Shown: positions 61,524-64,000 of the stretch, in pieces | Layout: each line of letters begins with the position of its first letter | Position numbering within the stretch: the stretch's first letter is position 1 | Virus record (IMG/VR): IMGVR_UViG_3300027782_000030 | Coordinates: 128,001-192,000 of that record | Origin: a virus | Lineage: Duplodnaviria > Caudoviricetes | Length of the DNA stretch: 64,000 nt | Reading direction: 5' to 3' (one strand) | Translations under genes and position numbers: made by a program | Notes under the pieces: model-generated | What the model was told of the DNA's origin: nothing | Seen by the model: the letters and a program-made list of their open reading frames with translations, nothing else | Database searches by the model: none

Positions 61524-62910
61524 TAGTGATATGCAATTATTCTTTTTGCGTATGATGGTCACAAACGCAGAATTATATACAAGGGTCATGAACATCATGA
61601 ACTCACAAAACTTTGACCGTAAATTAAAACCAGTAGCAGACTTTTTAGTTGAACATAGTAAAAAATATAATATAATGCCGGATCCTGCTCAAATTAAAGC
61701 AGTGACGGGTATAGATGTAGAGATTCTTACTGAATTAGATGATGGTCATTATAATTGGTTTTTAGATGAATTTGAAAAATTCACAAGACGCCAAGAATTA
61801 GAAAGAGCAATTTTAAAATCAGCCGATCTATTAGAAAAGGGTGATTATGATCCTGTTGAAAAATTAATTAAAGATGCTGTACAAATCAGTTTGCAAAAAG
61901 ACATGGGTACAGATTATTTTGCTGATCCTAGGGCTAGGCTTTCGCAACTTAAAAGCAATAACGGACAAAATAGTACAGGATGGCCCTGTATGGATCAGAA
62001 ACTTTATGGTGGATTCAATCGGGGCGAATTACAAATTTTTGCAGGAGGATCAGGATCAGGTAAAAGTTTGTTTATGCAAAACTTGTCAGTAAATTGGGTA
62101 CAAGCAGGATTAAATGGTATTTATGTTACACTAGAACTTAGTGAAGGGCTGTGTAGTATGCGTATTGATAGTATGATGACTGATACTAGCAGCCGTGATA
62201 TCTTTAAAGATATTGATAATGTTGAAATGAAAATCAAGATGCTTGCTAAAAAAGCAGGAAAGTTTCAAATTAAATATATGCCGGCTCAAAGCACAGTAAA
62301 TGATTTGCGAGCGTTTTGTAAAGAATTTCAAATAAAAACAGGTACAAAATTAGATTTCTTGTGTGTAGATTATTTGGATTTGCTTATGCCTGTTAGCGCA
62401 AAAGTAAGTCCTTCAGATTTGTTTGTTAAGGATAAGTATGTCTCAGAAGAATTGCGTAACTTAGCAAAAGAATTAAATGTATTATTTGTAACAGCAAGTC
62501 AATTGAACCGTAGTGCAGTTGAAGAAATTGAATTTGATCATAGTCATATCAGCGGTGGTATTAGTAAAATTAATACAGCAGATAATGTGTTTGGTATCTT
62601 TACAAGCCGCAGTATGCGTGAGCGTGGGCAATATCAATTACAATTAATGAAAACTAGAAGTAGTAGTGGTGTGGGTCAAAAGATTGAATTAGAGTTTAAC
62701 ATTGAAACTCTGCGAATTACTGATCCTGATCCTGAGGCTAGTACATATAGGCCTCCTGCCCCTAGTCCTAATGATCTTATTAATAAAATTAGAACTCAAT
62801 CTACAGTAAATGATGTTGTACATGCTACTGTAGAGCCTGAAAGTAAAAGAGTTATTGCTAGTACTGCTGAATTTAGGTTGAAGGGCATACTCAACGGGTT
62901 AAAGAAATAA
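61507..62910 (+). CDS. gp41: Replicative helicase (T4 gp41/DnaB-like)
   Basis: AGGSGSGKS, CVDYLD, TASQLNR and MKTR. Confidence 0.92.
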   Translation: MSNEYNSDMQLFFLRMMVTNAELYTRVMNIMNSQNFDRKLKPVADFLVEHSKKYNIMPDPAQIKAVTGIDVEILTELDDGHYNWFLDEFEKFTRRQELERAILKSADLLEKGDYDPVEKLIKDAVQISLQKDMGTDYFADPRARLSQLKSNNGQNSTGWPCMDQKLYGGFNRGELQIFAGGSGSGKSLFMQNLSVNWVQAGLNGIYVTLELSEGLCSMRIDSMMTDTSSRDIFKDIDNVEMKIKMLAKKAGKFQIKYMPAQSTVNDLRAFCKEFQIKTGTKLDFLCVDYLDLLMPVSAKVSPSDLFVKDKYVSEELRNLAKELNVLFVTASQLNRSAVEEIEFDHSHISGGISKINTADNVFGIFTSRSMRERGQYQLQLMKTRSSSGVGQKIELEFNIETLRITDPDPEASTYRPPAPSPNDLINKIRTQSTVNDVVHATVEPESKRVIASTAEFRLKGILNGLKK

Positions 62911-62947
62911 TTATATAAACAGCATAAATACTATTAGGATATTATAT

Positions 62948-63196
62948 ATGCAAAAGAAAACCCGTAGCCTTTTAGAAGAGTTAGAATCTATTGGTAGTAC
63001 CCGTGACATGACACATGTTATAGAAAATAGAGCCCATAATATTATCACTAGTGCAATTAATTTAATTGAATTAATTAATAAGCATTATGATAAGGGCACC
63101 TCAGAGGTATTAGAGCGTAAACTTCTAAGTGCGATAAAAGGCAAGGATCAAAATAGATTTGCTAAAAGCATAAGGAAAAATCATGACACGCCGTAA
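62948..63196 (+). CDS. Hypothetical late protein
   Basis: 82 aa, with ATAAATA at 62924-62930. Confidence 0.7.
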   Translation: MQKKTRSLLEELESIGSTRDMTHVIENRAHNIITSAINLIELINKHYDKGTSEVLERKLLSAIKGKDQNRFAKSIRKNHDTP

Positions 63197-64000
63197 TATT
63201 GATAAAAAGGTTCGCAATTTAGAAGAAGCATTAAGTAATTGGATTGGTGATTACGGCGCGGCAGCTGCAAAACAACTAGGAAATAGGTTAACGGGTAATT
63301 CCGAAGGCTCATTGTCTATTCAGGATAAAATGGCTAAAGAAAAGTTTATTCAAAACTTTTTAGGTCGTGCAAGTGCTACATTGAATTCAGGTATTTCTAG
63401 CGGTAGAATCACATCAAACGTAGCACCGCAGACTGCACCACCGGCAGCACAACCTGTAGCACCCGCACAACCTGCAGCGCAACCAACAGCACCTGCTACC
63501 CCTGCAGCAGCAAGACCTTCTATTGCTCCTAATACTGCTCCGCCAAGTAGACCTACAATTGGTAATACTCCAATTCATCCTATGCAAGTAAAGTCTATGC
63601 AAAACAATGTGGCTAGGGACAAACGGGTGGCTAACATGCCTCCGCCGAACAAAAAGACTTTTGCAGCAGATAAGAGAACACCTGCGCAGATTGCACAGAT
63701 GCGCCGAGCAGGGTTTAGTGAAAATTCTACTTATGATAAATTAAACGCAATTTTTGAAAGCATCATGGGTGAGGATACTCCAGCTGCTGCGCCAACTGCT
63801 CCTGCCGGAGTAGAAACAATATCTCAATTTTTGACAAAATGGGTCAAACAATATATGACTGGTACTAGCTTTGGTGATGCTAACTCAATTAACCACATTA
63901 AAAGTTTGATTCAGAATGTAGAAAATACATATAGTAAAGATAAAGGCAAAGCAGCACTTACTAAATTAGCAAATGATTTGTATGCTGTATCATACTCACA
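63183..64000 (+). CDS. 5' part of a protein with an Ala/Pro-rich linker (probably virion associated), truncated by the window edge
   Basis: The ATG at 63183 opens a frame (MTRRNIDKKVRNLEEALSNW...APQTAPPAAQP...) that has no stop before the window end. Confidence 0.7.
   Translation, partial: MTRRNIDKKVRNLEEALSNWIGDYGAAAAKQLGNRLTGNSEGSLSIQDKMAKEKFIQNFLGRASATLNSGISSGRITSNVAPQTAPPAAQPVAPAQPAAQPTAPATPAAARPSIAPNTAPPSRPTIGNTPIHPMQVKSMQNNVARDKRVANMPPPNKKTFAADKRTPAQIAQMRRAGFSENSTYDKLNAIFESIMGEDTPAAAPTAPAGVETISQFLTKWVKQYMTGTSFGDANSINHIKSLIQNVENTYSKDKGKAALTKLANDLYAVSYS

Noticed and set aside
35005-62910. Introns or inteins in terminase, UvsX, UvsW, primase or helicase
   Set aside because: All have ordinary lengths and contiguous motifs.
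1-64000. Stop-codon reassignment
   Set aside because: Genes tile densely under the standard code, and known proteins (ThyA, TerL, UvsX, UvsW, helicase) are uninterrupted.

Overview
This window is a segment of a large, AT-rich, T4-related (probably jumbo) dsDNA bacteriophage genome. I recognise no host-chromosomal genes. Layout: (1) 1-24.9 kb, a sugar/glycan synthesis and tailoring cluster (NDP-sugar epimerase, C-methyltransferase, UDP-glucose dehydrogenase fusion, B12 radical SAM, aminotransferase, amidinotransferase, 2OG-oxygenase fusion, carbamoyltransferase, SGNH proteins, five paralogous glycosyltransferase-like domains and a 2249-aa repeat protein). (2) 24.95-25.29 kb, a circularly permuted (two-piece) tmRNA gene with tag ANDEVFSLAA. 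(3) Early genes behind near-consensus sigma70 promoters (MoxR AAA + VWA/metallopeptidase and many small ORFs). (4) folA/thyA, probable spanins, probable head-internal proteins, terminase large subunit, gp32 SSB, UvsX/UvsY/UvsW, a probable clamp-loader subunit, primase and gp41 helicase. (5) Arrays of small paralogous genes, a secreted subtilase, a PhyH-type dioxygenase and a 206-aa miniature DnaE-like palm protein. The most notable signals are the permuted phage tmRNA, the glycan-tailoring cluster, the mini-DnaE, apparently leaderless late genes, and repeated promoter and gene-end modules that suggest cassette shuffling. All product calls come from motif recognition by eye. No searches were run, so novelty is unverified.
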